The notes beneath the pieces are model-generated. The model did not search any database, was not told where the DNA came from, and worked only from the letters and a program-made list of their open reading frames with translations. Below, piece by piece: positions 44,296 through 60,993 of a DNA stretch of 64,000 nt (within the stretch, counting starts at the first letter, position 1; every line of letters begins with the position of its first letter). Source of the stretch: the human T2T-CHM13v2.0 reference genome, Homo sapiens; assembly GCF_009914755.1 (NCBI RefSeq), contig NC_060935.1; one strand, 5' to 3'. A program made the translations under genes and the position numbers.

Positions 44296-45563
44296 TCTTT
44301 CTAAGAAATCATAAACTTTTCCAAGATATCAAGGATTTTATCAGTTGTTTTTCCAGAAGTTTTATAGTTTTATGCTCAGGTCTGATTTATTTCAGATTTA
44401 TTTTGGTGTAGAAATGTGTTAAGAAATGTATAGATTTTCTAAATTTTGTATTTTTTTAAATAATTTGACTCATTCATTTGAAATGTAACTTTAGTGAATG
44501 GAATAGCTACATCATCTATTCACTGTTTAACAGAAAGGGGATCACACTTGTAATTCTGTTTTTTAATTGTGTGTCTCTACTTTTTACTCCCTTCTAATTC
44601 ACAAAAGTTGAAGAAAATCAAAGGAAATACTGAGGTAGTAAGACTGCTGTTTCTGTACATTGAAATCAGTAATTTCTTACTATCTTCCCATTTTTACACG
44701 CTTAATAGACATTAACAACATAAGATTGACCTTCTTCACTTACTGATTTATGAGTCTGAAAATGTTGTTATTAATAGGTAATAATGTTCTCTTTTACAGA
44801 TTTGAAAGTCATGACACAAAGAGGCTATTTTACATGCTCAAGGGTATTGGCTAGTAAATGACGGGGTCAGAATTTGAATACAAGCACTTTGACTTTAGAG
44901 CCTGTCCATTCAACAACTACTCATTCTGTTTCCCTCAAGGGATGTCAGAGATACTTCCCTGTAGCTCAGAGATGACAAACCGTAGAATTATGGCCACTGC
45001 AGCTGATAGATATTCACAATGATCATTGTAAATGTTGTTTCATTTTAATAATATCTGAAAATATGAATGTTTGATGTACAAATCTAGATTTCTTGATAAT
45101 TACATAAAACATTGAAGTCTGACAATAATAAGATTTCTGTTCATCCCTGACAGAAATTAGTTTCAGGTTATTAGAGGTTACTGTCTGTAGACAGGGATTG
45201 TTCTCCCCAAGTTGTCACTCAGCCATTTTTACTTATTTACACTGGCTTCTCTAAGAATTTAAGTTTGCAAGTATTAGCTTAAAAATATTGACTTGAAGAT
45301 CATTGAAATATTCAAAATACAAAATAGACACTCAAAGTTTTTAATTATTATAAACATAGGTAAAATATTATCATATAGAATACCAGTTACTAGAAAATAA
45401 AGATTACTACATGCTAAATTGAGATAAATTATGATTCAGTTAATTGAACCGGAGTTAAATGATCATATATAAACAAGGAATCACTTTCCTACAAAAGGAG
45501 AATAACAATACAATTCACCTAAATACCATGTTTTTTCTCTCCCCTGCAGAAACTCATCAAAGA

Positions 45564-46499
45564 ATGGCAGCAGAAAACCATTCTTTTGTGACTAAGTTTA
45601 TTCTGGTTGGGCTAACAGAGAAGTCAGAGCTACAGCTGCCCCTCTTCCTCGTCTTCCTGGGAATCTATGTAGTCACAGTGCTGGGGAACCTGGGCATGAT
45701 CACACTGATTGGGCTCAGTTCTCACCTGCACACACCTATGTACTATTTCCTCAGCAGTCTGTCCTTCATTGACTTCTGCCATTCCACTGTCATTACCCCT
45801 AAGATGCTGGTGAACTTTGTGACAGAGAAGAACATCATCTCCTACCCTGAATGCATGACTCAGCTCTACTTCTTCCTCGTTTTTGCTATTGCAGAGTGTC
45901 ACATGTTGGCTGCAATGGCATATGACGGCTACGTGGCCATCTGTAGCCCCTTGCTGTACAGCATCATCATATCCAATAAGGCTTGCTTTTCTCTGATTTT
46001 AGTGGTGTATGTAATAGGCCTGATTTGTGCGTCAGCTCATATAGGCTGTATGTTTAGGGTTCAATTCTGCAAATTTGATGTGATCAACCATTATTTCTGT
46101 GATCTTATTTCTATCTTGAAGCTCTCCTGTTCTAGTACTTACATTAATGAGTTACTGATTTTAATCTTTAGTGAAATTAACATCCTTGTCCCCAGCCTGA
46201 CCATCCTCAGCTCTTATATCTTCATCATTGCCAGCATCCTCCGCATTCGCTACACTGAGGGCAGGTCCAAAGCCTTCAGCACTTGCAGCTCCCACATCTC
46301 GGCTGTTTCTGTTTTCTTTGGGTCTGCAGCATTCATGTACCTGCAGCCATCATCTGTCAGCTCCATGGACCAGGGGAAAGTGTCCTCTGTGTTTTATACT
46401 ATTGTTGTGCCCATGCTGAACCCCCTGATCTACAGCCTGAGGAATAAAGATGTCCACGTTGCCCTGAAGAAAACGCTAGGGAAAAGAACATTCTTATGA
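45564..46499 (+). CDS. OR8G5: Olfactory receptor 8G5, 311 aa from the post-acceptor Met (ORF track gives 346 aa from 45459)
   Basis: [48 protein letters not shown]; open frame. Confidence 0.9.
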   Translation: MAAENHSFVTKFILVGLTEKSELQLPLFLVFLGIYVVTVLGNLGMITLIGLSSHLHTPMYYFLSSLSFIDFCHSTVITPKMLVNFVTEKNIISYPECMTQLYFFLVFAIAECHMLAAMAYDGYVAICSPLLYSIIISNKACFSLILVVYVIGLICASAHIGCMFRVQFCKFDVINHYFCDLISILKLSCSSTYINELLILIFSEINILVPSLTILSSYIFIIASILRIRYTEGRSKAFSTCSSHISAVSVFFGSAAFMYLQPSSVSSMDQGKVSSVFYTIVVPMLNPLIYSLRNKDVHVALKKTLGKRTFL

Positions 46500-47164
46500 A
46501 CAGAAGTACAATGAAAAAGATTGCATTAGATCTAAGTTTTTGGCTATGATATTGTATGAAATGATGTCTTTCACTTTAGTGCATCTGTCAACATTCTTTC
46601 TAATTTGGGGGGATTTTACTGACGTTATGTCTTATGCACATGGTCTATTTCATGCCATTTCCCTCTCATTTTTTCTCTCATAAGGATTACGAAGACATGA
46701 TATTTTCTTAGAAGAAATAATAAGGTTGACATAGTGAAATAGTGGCATAACCTGATAATGCCAATTCCATTCCCTTCCCCCTTTTCTTTCATGTAATTGA
46801 TTAAAACATACTCCTCAACATAATAAAAACACTATCTTCTGGTGATAAAATACTATCATGCGGTGATGACTAGCAATCTGTTTTTTTTCTATCCACTCAA
46901 AAACAGCATAAGCCATAGCAATGGTAGGCCTGTAATCTTTAGTGTTTGCACATGTTTAACCTAGAAAAGCCTATTACACATTATCCCATCCCATATATGT
47001 TTCTTCGGGGTTATTTCCTCTCTCTCCTGCTTAAAGGCAAAATCTAATCAGAACTTTAAAATCTGAATCACAGATCCATGTACATGCAGTTAATTGTTCC
47101 CAATCTAGTATACCCTTGCTATGCCATCTATTATTCTAGTTTTTAATTGCCTACTCGTTTTTAA

Positions 47165-47608
<444 letters not shown>

Positions 47609-48999
47609 TAAGATATTTATATGAAAACAAGTACATATCCAACACAGTTGTCACTCATTAACCACTTCAAGTACTACATACAGCATTTGTTTGTTTTTTG
47701 TTCAAATTGGTTATGTTTAAGTTTGAAGAATTCTTTAAGGATCTGTAAGATACCTGGTAACATCTTTAGCTGTTTCTATACAAGGAGTTTGAACTATTAG
47801 CCTTGACTTCCTTATGTGGTAAATTGCACACAGATATGATAACTTGCATGTACCTGATTTTGTAAGTCTTTAAATCCTGTTGACAACCAAGGAGTCCCTG
47901 AAACAAATCTAATTTATTCTTAAATTTAAGTAGGCAGCATAAGAAACTCAAGTATTTTAAAACAGATTTGAAATCTAATACAACAACATGACAAATTACG
48001 TGGTAGAGTGATGTCTGGGGCCCAAACAACACAGTCTAGACCATCATTCCCAGGACAGAAAATAACTTCACCCATGCTGGCGTAGGGGGAATTATTCTGC
48101 TGTTTAGACTTACAGAGAAATGGCATTAAATATTTAAGCATAGAAGTCTTGGTTACTGTTTCCAGTTGATCCATTTTATTCACCCTTTGTTTTTCATTTT
48201 CTTTTCTTCTTTTTTTTTTGTTTTGGTTGTTTCTCTGCTTGACGGTCAGCTCATGTAGGCTGCTTTATGCATAAAATTATTTATAGCCCTCTGCTTATAC
48301 AGTTTGTAATTCATCTAAGCCTTTAGCTGGAGGGAAGGTAGGAGAGTAAGCTACAGCTGTAAAGGGCTGTTTCCTGGAAAATCTAAAAACACATTACACT
48401 AATCATATCAAATAGAGCTGGTCAGGGTCTCCGTCAGTCATGGACTCTATTGTTTTGAGCCAACACAAATGCTAGCGTGAATGTATTTCTTCCACTTATG
48501 GCTGATTTCTCTAAGCTAAACCAAACTATTGGCTTATTTGGTATTGCCTGTGTACCTCAGGGTAATCAACACAACATAAACGTATGCCAGAATCAGACCT
48601 ACAAAAATATACTTGTAAAGGCTAGAAATGTCATTTCTTCAGAGAACTCATCTTTGAAAGTGCAGCTAAATTATACACCATCCCTCTCTTCTTGCTCTCA
48701 GATACTGGCTACTTTTCTTCTCAGTACGTATGGCTTATGATAATAATATGATACTTAAATGCTTATTCTTTTAATCTTTCTCTGTTGAGTTGACTTAAGC
48801 TCTAATAAGACATAGAGTAGACACTCAAATAACATTGATTGAAAATAGTACCAGACACCTCAGACATCCCATGTCAGATCCTCTGCCTACCTCTCATTTC
48901 CATCTCGTACACATCTGTTAGTTCTGTGCAAGCTCAAACTCAACTTGCATTAACAGAATTCCACTTTAAATATCCACGATGAAACTTTTTTCATATTTT

Positions 49000-51165
49000 A
49001 AAATTAATGTTATTTTTAGGACAGTTTTAAATTTATCAAAAACTTTTTATGATAATACAGAGTTCCCTTGCCCTGTATAATTTTTCCTATTACTAACATC
49101 ATATATTAATATGCTACATTAGTTACAATGAATGAGTCATTGAAACATTATTAAATAGCATCTATATTCTTTTGTTTACTTGTTTAATTGGAACAAATAT
49201 ATTATTTGTGGTGTACAACACTGATGCTTTGATATATGCATACATCGTGGAATGACTTAAGCTAATTAACATATCCATTGCCTCACAAATTTATTATTTT
49301 TTTGTGGTGAGAACATTTAAAATCTACTCTCTTAGCAATTTTCAAGTATACGATATACTGTTATTAGATATACTTGCCTTGTTGTACAATAAGTCTACTG
49401 AACTTATTCCTCCTAACTGAAATTTTGTATCTTTTGACCAACATCTCCCCAGTTGCCATCCCCTCCCGCAAACCCTGGTAACCACCATTTTACTGCTGCT
49501 TTGATCTACTTTTTAGATTCCACACATAAGTGAGATCATGCAGTGTTTGTTTTTCTGTGCTTGGCTTATTTCATTTAACAAAATATCCTCCAGATTCATC
49601 CATGTTTTAGCAGATGACAAGATTTTTTTTTAAGTCTGAGTAGTATTCCATTATGAATATACACCTCATTTTCTTTATCCATTAATGTGTTGATGGACAC
49701 ATATTGATTACATAACTTGGCTACTGTGAGTAATGCTACAATAAACATGGGAGTGCAGATATCTCATCAACATACTGATTTCATTTCCTTGGGATATATA
49801 ACCAGTAGTGGGATTGTTGGATCACATGGAAGTTCTATTTTTTAATTTTTGAGGAAACCATACTGTTTTAAATAATAGCTGTGTGAATTTGTATTCCCGC
49901 CACCAGTGTGCAAGGGCTTTCTGTTCACATCCTAGCCAACCCATGTTATATCTTGTCTTCTTGATAATACCTATCCTAATAGCTATGAGGTGATACCTCA
50001 TTGTGGTTTTAATTTGTGTTTCTCTGATGAATAGTGATGTCAACTATCTTCATTTACCTGTTGGCCATTTGTAGGTCTTCTTTGGAAAAATGTCTATTTG
50101 GGCCTATTTTTAGGTTGGTTTATTTTTTTCTTGCTATTGAGTTGACTTTTTAATATACTTTGGATATCAATCCCTTATCAGATGTATGGCTGCAAATATT
50201 TTCTTTTATGCCATAGGTTATCTCTTCACACTGTTAATTATTTCCTTTTCTGCACATAAGCTTCTTAGTTTGATGTACCCTCATCTATCTATTTTTGCTT
50301 TTCTTTCCTGTGCTTTTGGAGTTCAATCTAAAAGGTCTTTGCTCAAACCAATATCAAGAAGATTTCCCTAAAGTTTTTCTCTAGTAGTTTTATATTTTCA
50401 AATCTTATACTTTATGTTTTTAATCCATTTTGAGTTCTTTACTTTTGTACATAGTGTGAAATGAGGCCAATTTTTATTCTTTTGCTTGTGGATATCCAGT
50501 TTTTCCAACAGATTTTTGAAGTTTCTGTCCTTCCAATATTGTGTGTTCTTGACACCTTTGTCAAAAATCATTTAACCACAAATGAGTGGATTTATGAAGT
50601 TTCATTTTCACCATATTATATCAAAGGTACATACTATCAACTTTAAACACACTTATTACTGTTGATGCCAACCTTGATTTTGTAGTTGAGGTAGTGTTGG
50701 TCTGGTTTCTTCACTAAAAAGTTACACTTTTTTTCATATTTTCTGTACTCTCTGGAAGAAAGTCAGTATGCATGGCTTACACTTAAAGAGTGGATGGTTA
50801 TGTTTCACTTTATTTAGGGTGAAGTATCTTCATAAATTATTCAGAATTCTTCTTTGTGAGATTTTTCTCTTTTCTCATTTATTTATTTGTCCAATCATGT
50901 ATTTATGTTACCAGTGTGGACTCATGGATATTACTATATATATTGGGTTATAATTCAATAATACTTTATTTGCTGCTCAAATTGTTCTAATATTGTCATC
51001 GGAGTTCCTTTAGTTGATTCCTGAATCCCTTTGACAAACTTGCATCAATCATCAACGTAGTGTTTTTTGTTTGCTTTATGATACCTCCCCTACTTCTAGC
51101 ACCGTAGTATGCCCCAGGTTTATCTTGCATACTTCCTGCCTAGTTTTCGAATCACTTATTTCTCC
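49000..51165 (-). mobile_element. L1MA-like element (~49190-50595) nested in an older L1M fragment
   Basis: Antisense ORF2 C-terminus (ORF 49822-50043 IKTTMRYHL) flanked by older L1 3' sequence. Confidence 0.7.
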
Positions 51166-51329
51166 TATTGCTAACAATAATGAAAGGAAAATCGTGTTAG
51201 CAATAGAATAAAATATAGGCTCCTATCGCACCTCATTCACAAAATTACCAAATATGTCTAGGTCTACTTTTGCACTCTCTATTGTTCTGTTTTTTTTCTC
51301 TACAATCACCTATAACACACAACCTAATC

Positions 51330-51909
51330 TGTGGGAAAGGGAGTTTCTGGGATGCCAGATGAGTTGGTCTCCCCTGTGTGAGACACCCATGGGGAGCCAC
51401 GGGCAGACTATGAGGAGAAAAGTCTCCTTATTGCCCTAATGTCTTTATGCCCCAAGAGCATAACAGCTCTGTGGCATGCCACAGGTTGCTCGGGGAATTA
51501 ACACTCCCTTGAAGCAGTGGAGTATAATCAAACATCTTGGCTCCTCCTGAAACCTGTTCCCACCCATTTCAGTCCCTAGAAGTTAAAGATCTTAAGTAGT
51601 TTAGACATATGCCTTTGCTCAAGGAAATTCACAGAAACCGCCACTGCTATGCATCTTATTGAATGACTCAGGAGTTCTCCTTCACTGATTAATCCTTTTC
51701 CTCATCCCTTCCTCCCCCTTCCATCTGCCCTAAGAACAAAGAGCTTGTAAACCAATAAATTGGGTGGAGGCCGAGAGCTCAGGGCCGTGAGCAAGCCTGG
51801 GAAGCTATGGTCCCCTGGACCCGCCTTTTAAATTATTATTCTGTCTCTTTCTAATTCTTCTGTCTCCGCTGGACTCAGGGTACCTGCCAGGTGGTGTGGT
51901 GTGTCAACA
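51330..51909 (+). mobile_element. Solo ERV-K-class LTR (LTR14-like)
   Basis: TG...CA termini, 580 bp, AATAAA ~51754, 6-bp TSD ctaatc 51324-51329 and 51910-51915 typical of betaretrovirus-like integration. Confidence 0.85.
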
Positions 51910-52019
51910 CTAATCTGTGTCATAGTATTTCTCAAAACATTTTAGTTTATATCATATACCTTTGTTCTTTGTCAAGATAGCTTTAGATATTCTAAGGCAA
52001 TCAAAATTCCATATGATGT

Positions 52020-53170
52020 CTAAATTTGACAGACTTGCAAGAAAAAGTAGACAAATCCACAAGTATTTTTGGAGATACTTATGCCACTCTCTCAATCACT
52101 GATAGAATAAGTAGACAGAAACATTTTAAGAAAGCATTTCAAAAAGCATGATTTATTAAAAAATCAAATTGATACTGTAGATTTTATCAAAATTAAAAAG
52201 TTTTGCTCCTCCTAAGACATTGTTAAGAGATTAAAAACATAAATCTCAGAACATATTTGCAGATCAGGCATTGACTAAAGTCTTGTATTCAGAATATGCA
52301 AAAATTCTCAAAACTCAATAATAAGAAAACAACCCATAAAATGAACAAATATTCGAATTCATCACCGTTGTTATAATGATGGCAAATAAACACATGTTAA
52401 GATACCACAGTACACCTATTAATTAGAATGACCGACATTAAAAGTATAAGCTGAGGCTGTGCATTGACTGGAACTATCACAATCTGGTAGTATGAATCTA
52501 AAATGATACAGCCACTTAAAAAAACAATTTTCCAGTTACTAAAAAATTAAACATATATCCACTATATTACTCACCCTTTCCATATTAAGTAGTTACTCAG
52601 GAGAAATTAAACATATGTTTATACAAACACTTGTACATTAATATTCACATTAGCTTTATTTGTCATAGTCCAATACTGGAAATGACGCAAGTATTCCTTA
52701 ATTGAAAATGCTTTGTGGTTTATTCATCCAAATCCATACCACTCAGTAGTAAAAACATTGAACAATTGATACACACGGCAACATGGATAAATCTCAAAAT
52801 AATCATGCTAAGCAGAAGGAGCCAAATCTGCACCCCACCCCCCAGAAAAAAGTACGTCTATATAATTTCATCTTTGTAAAATTCTAGCAAATGCAAATTA
52901 ATCTATATTGACAGAAAGCAGATGATTCTTTGTGTGAGGACAGGAGTAGGGCATTACAAAGGGGCAGGAAGAAAACATCTGTGGATAGCAGGTATGTTCC
53001 TTAGCTTGGTGGTGATAATTTTACATATATTACATACATACATACATACATATATACACACATATGTAAGTGGTGATGTTTTTATATTGTATATATGTAT
53101 ATAAATTTGTATATATATGTGTGTAGCAAGATAGATAACACCAAGTTGTGTATTTTAAATATGTAAATAT
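52020..53170 (+). mobile_element. Ancient L1M 3' region
   Basis: Degenerate ORF2 C-terminus/3'UTR motifs (caacatggataaatctcaaaataatcatgctaag). Confidence 0.65.
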
Positions 53171-53929
53171 TGAAGTAAATTCACAGGAGTTGACCAAAAA
53201 CATTCCAATCTAATTCTAGTCTGAAAATTTTCAAAAAGGTCAAACTTTTTAATCTTATAAACACTTAAGATTTTCTTCCACAACAGAACGGATCATAAGG
53301 CCTAATTATTTAGTTCATTCTTATAGTACATCCGCATTAACTGACGCTTACTGAGTGGAAGACACGGCTTCATGACACTCCTGAGAGGAAGACCTAAGAA
53401 CAGACAGTGCAAATCAGGAAGCGCAGCCTAGAAGCTTACTCATGGTCACTCTATCATAGGTGCTAATCTCAGTTCTTCCCAATATATTAGATTAGAGGAG
53501 TGGAGAAAACTGGGTAGTTCAAAGCCCTCCTTACAGGTGCACGTCTGAATTCTGCCTTTACAAATTAATGTGTCTGCAGACTCTAAAAATATCCTTACAA
53601 ATGCAGATTATTCTAGAAATTAAAGAAATGAGATAATTGCCTAAGAAAAAGAAGTCTCTGCTCACATTGTAGGGAAGGGGGTACCAGGAAGGCAGGGGAG
53701 AAGATAAATTTTCCTCCATTTCAATTTCAAAGACCCACCCAATGTGTTCAAACCATTTATGAAAGAAGCCATCTTCTTGAAGTCAGTTTACTGGCTACCT
53801 GTGTTGTGTCAAGCATAATTGTTGTTGTTAATTTTACAAAGACATTTTAGCCGTGATCTTTGAGATGTATGAGTTCACCAACCAATGGAAGAACCAGGCA
53901 TAATAACCCATAATAAAATGTGATAATAA

Positions 53930-54170
53930 TAATAGCATGTCTATGTACCAGACATTAATGGAATCACACATATTTATTAACTCATTTAAACCTCATAACT
54001 ATACTATATAGTAGATATGTCTATTATCTGCATTTTACAAATGAGGAAACTGAGGCATGGAGAAGTTAAATAACTTCTCAAATGTTACAAAGATAGGAAA
54101 AGACAAAGCCAGGGTTAGAACCCAGGCAATCTGACTTCAGCAAACGTTCCTTTAATTATTTCACCCTACA
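53930..54170 (+). mobile_element. MIR
   Basis: MIR core: cattttacaaatgaggaaactgaggc...agccagggttagaacccaggcaatctgac. Confidence 0.8.
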
Positions 54171-54598
54171 GTCTACTGCAATTAGCTTAGCACACATGTG
54201 ATAAGAGCACAAAGCCATGAGTTATGAATTCTGTTTATGGGGCTCTAAGAAGGCTTTGCAGGGAAGGTTACATGAGAGTCAGATTTTTAATGATGAACAA
54301 AATTTGTCATGGAAAAAAAGAAATGAAAGAATGAAGGAATATAAAGCAAATGGGTGATATGAAGCACTTCAAAAAGAAGTGGACAATTTGACATAGTCAC
54401 GAGTAAAAGGGAGAAAGAAGGGACTGACATTTTGCTAACATAATTGTTAATCATGGCATGGGTTCATGTAATGTCAAAGAGCTTGATTTGAGTTAGAAAA
54501 CCGACAAGTGGCAGCAAGAATCAATTCAATAATGAATGCACAACAGGGGTGCTTAAATGCTTTTGTTTAATATTTAAATCATTTGGTTTTCTTATCAG

Positions 54599-55848
<1,250 letters not shown>

Positions 55849-56245
55849 GGAAGGAAGGATCGGTGGAAGGAACACTAGACAAGCGACTTAAATTTCATGA
55901 CCAAAGAACACTATGGAAAGTTAAGGAGTCTTAACTGTAGCATATAGGCTGTGGATGATGGGGATGAATTCAAGGTGTTAAAGCAGAGAAATGTCAGGTG
56001 AGATTAGTTTGCACTGAAAATACCTGTCAGGCCAAAGATTACATTGTACATTGCGTTAGCAAAATAGAGACAGCTCTACTCTTGTACACTACTTCATATT
56101 TCATATCCACTGGGATTTGTATTTGGGCCCGGATCAGTCATCCTCAGAGGCCTCCTCTGCTCTGCAATTTACCTCCTGGATCCTTTTCCTTCTCTTTTCT
56201 GATCTCATGCAGCAATCATGTAATGAAGCTATGGAAAAATCATAA

Positions 56246-56671
<426 letters not shown>

Positions 56672-59523
56672 TAGAGTTCCTTAATTTTCTAAGGTTAAAC
56701 TGTTGCACATGTCCTTGTGCATGTTAATCTATGTGAAAGTCAGAAAGAGAAAAAGGTAAAGAGGTAAGCTTCAGGAGAAACAAAGAACCTCCTTTACAAA
56801 AGGATTTCTAGTCTGAGTGAATGGTAGGCCCCAAACAACTGTAACCTGTAAGAACAGATTAAGTGGTATTTTATCTTAATGAATGGGAAACTTCATGGTT
56901 AGCAGGATGTGAGTAACACTCATGCACATAAACCGCAGGACCACTGGACTCATGATAAGTAGAACACTGAGAACCTCAATGTCATCTGTTTACAGACCCA
57001 AGTGATCATTATCACTGACCTCCTTTCAACCATCAACTTTTTCCAGCTAGTGGTTTACCATCTGTATAGACATTTATTTCCTGATTTATGATAATGTTAG
57101 TAACATGTTCTCCTAGGGACCTCCAAAATCCAAATATAAATGTGTAAGCAGTCTCTTTTCCTGCCTAGACTTCATAACACAATCTTATGCAATTTGCCAT
57201 TTACTTCTCTGCTCAAACATTCTCCATCTGCTAGGCTGTCTCCTCCTCTTCCTCCAAACCACCTCTCAGTTGAATCTTTAATCATTCTTTCAAGTACATC
57301 ATTTTTTCTGAAACTTTTTAAAAAATGATTAAAATATGAAATGAAAATGAGATATGTGGAGTGCCAGTTAAGAGGGTAAAATTGTGTCATCAGAGAATAT
57401 TACAAAGCGTACTTTGTGCTCATCTCCCCTATTTTGTTTTCCTAAGTGGCACTTTTTTAAGTGAATGAAAATGACCCTAGAGTGGCAAGATGACAGACTA
57501 GATGCAGCCAAGAAGTTTGGCTCGCATAGAACATGATTTCAACTACACCAACATAACTTGAACACTTATTGGGAGAGAAAATGCTCAATGTGAATGGAGA
57601 AAAGATGCAGTCACTAAGGCTGAAGCGAGGGGAAACTGGGAACCCTGACTGGGGTGCCTGAATGCTAGGGCTGGTTCCTGGCCATGAATGGTGCCTGGGA
57701 AAGGAGTGAGTGAAGGGACTGGGGGGCTTCTTGCTCTCGCTGTGGACCTCTGGGGTCTTATCTGCAGGGGATCCCACAGCCCTAGGGACATGTGAGCTGG
57801 CAAAGGGTCTCCCTGAAGATTACACAGAGATGGAGACAGAGCTGCAACAGGCACACAGCTGGGAACCTTTGAGTGTGGGTCAGCTCCGATAGAGCCCAGC
57901 CATAAGCACCTACCTTCTAGGGCTGCCCATCTCTCTCTGAGAGGCTCTGGCCCCAGAGAGAAAGCAAGGCCTGCTTCCCTATGGGACTGGAGCACACCTG
58001 TCCTGCAGGCCCACCTGCCCATCAACTCCTTCCAGTGCTCCTGCCTGGCTGCCCCCTAGGAGTGTGTATACAGTGCAGTCTCTGCTGCCCAGCTTGGGTG
58101 CTTTGCTCTACCTAAGTGCATTCTGGCAACCTAGCAATCCTTTGAGTCCCCCAGCACACCGGGAATTCAACCCCAAGGGTCCAGAAGAGGGAGCCACAAG
58201 AAGGTCATGGGCCCCAGAGCCGCAGCCCATGGCTCAGGAGTACAGAGCTGGGATCTGGGCTAATGAGGGAGTAGCCCACACTCGGAAAACAGAGGAGGTA
58301 AGTCACACAGTTTGATGGGCTGGTATGGGACCTAGGTAGGCCTCCCCCAACAGGGCTGGTTCGTTAAGGGTATGGTCTATCTCTGTACCAGACCTCTCCC
58401 CAAGGGTGCCCCACAGGCTGAAAGACCTAACAACAACAACAAAATCACAGCCATAGTGCCAGTGATCGGAGGTGGCTCCCCAAAGGCCCAGGAGTGGACC
58501 TGGGCCCAGAATCGGACCAAAAGAAAGATGGGGTCACCTCTCTCTCCTTGGCACTATAGAATACAGCTGCAAATGCAAGGATACACAAAGGAACCCAGCC
58601 TCCAGTAAGAGCTGGTCTACCCTCTGTTGCTCTTATGTGCCATCTACTGGATCACAGCCCAAAGTGTAACAACAAAAAACAACTAATTCTCCGGGGGCTG
58701 TGAAACCAAGGACAAGAATTCAATTACAAAGACCCTGTCCACAGCCTTACCCTCTGAAAACTTCCAGAAATGAAGCCAACTGACTACACTCAACTTACAC
58801 CACAGTTAAAGGAATATACACCTTTCCAGATGAGAAAGAAGTAGCACAAGAACTCTGGCAATTCAAAAAGCCAGAGTGTCCCCTCACCTCCAAATGAGCC
58901 CATTGGCTACCCGGCAATGGTTCTTAACCAGTCTGGATTGTCTGAAATGACAGTCATGGAATTCAGAATCTGGATGGTAAGGAAGCTTATTGAGATCCAG
59001 GAGAAAGTTGAAACTCAATCCAAGAATCCCAAACACCCAGGAAAACAATCCATTGTAAGATTGTAAGTAAAATATCCATTGTTAGAATGACGCAAACTGA
59101 ACCTCCTGAGTTGGAACATTCACTACAAGAGTTTCATAATACAATCAGAAGTAATAACAACAGAATAGACCAAGCTGAGGAAAAATTCTCAGTGCCTGAA
59201 GACCAGTCCTTTGAATCAAGTCAGTCAGATAAAGAAAAAAGGAATTAAGAAAAATAAACAAAACCTATGAGAAATATGGGTAAAGAGACCAAATCTATGG
59301 CTCACCAGCATTCCTGAGAGAGAATAAGGAACTTGGAAAATGTATTTGAGGATATAGTCCATGAAATTTTCCCTAATATCACTAGAGGTTTATATGTAAA
59401 TCCAAGAAATACAGAGGACCCCAGCCAGATACTATACAAGACAACCATCCCCAAGGCTCATAGTCATCAGATTCACCAAGGTCAATACAAAGGTAAAAAA
59501 AGAAAAAAGAAAAAAAAAAATGG

Positions 59524-59825
<302 letters not shown>

Positions 59826-60993
59826 AAAGGAAAAAAATATATAAAGACATATATTTTATAAAAAAATATAAAGACAACTAGAGAAAAGGGGCAAGTCACC
59901 TACAGAGGGAGTCTCATCAGTCTAGTAGCAGACCTTACAGCACAAACCTTACCCAGAAGAGACTGGGGGCCTATTTCATCAACCTTAAAGAAAATAAATT
60001 CTCACCAAGAACTGCATATCCTGCCAAACTAAGCTTCATAGATAAAGGAGTAATAAAATCCTTCACTGACAAGCAAATGCTGAGGGAATAGGTTTCAACT
60101 AGACCAGCCTTACAAGAGGTCCTTAAGGGAAAGATACACATGGATTCAAAAGAACCACACCTTCTACCGAAAAAGTACACTTAAGCAATAGCCCACGGGC
60201 ACTATAAAAACAATCAAGTCTACATAACGGCCAGCTAACAACACAGTGACAGGATCAAAAGCACACATATCAGTACTAACTACATCAATGTAAATAGGCT
60301 AAATGTTCCACTCAAAAGACACAAAATGGCAGGCTGCATAAAAAGACAAAACCCAACCATCTGTTGCCTTCAAGAAGCCCATCCCATATATAACAACACC
60401 CACAGGTTCAAAGTAAAAGGGTGGAGTGAGATCTACCATGCAAATGGAAAACAAAAAGAGCAGGAGTGGCTATTTTTATATCGGATAAAACAGACTTGAA
60501 ACCAATAACAATTTAGAAGGACGATAAAGGGCATTACATAATGATAACGGGTACAATCCAACAAGAGGCCCTAACTATCCTAAATATATATGCATCCAAT
60601 ATTGAAGCACCTAGACTCATAAAACAAATTCTTCCTGGCCTACAAAAAGACTTAGACAACCACACAATAATAGTGGGAAACTTTAACACCACACTGACAG
60701 CATTAGACAGATTGCTGATGCAGAAAACTAAAAAAGAAACTCTGGACTTAAACTCAACACTTGGCCCACTGGATATAATAGAAATCTACAGAACACCCCA
60801 ATCTACAACCACAGAATATACATTCTTCTTATCTGCACACAGAACATATTCTAAGATTGACCACATGCTTTCTTATAAAGCAAGACTAAATAACTTTTTG
60901 TAGAAAAATTGAACTCATACCAAGCACACTCTCTGACCACAGTGCAATAAAAAATGGAAATCAATAACAAGATCTCTCAAAACTACACAACCA

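Noticed and set aside
57585-58669. GC-rich region with several ORFs
   Set aside because: L1 5'UTR, not a CpG-island gene
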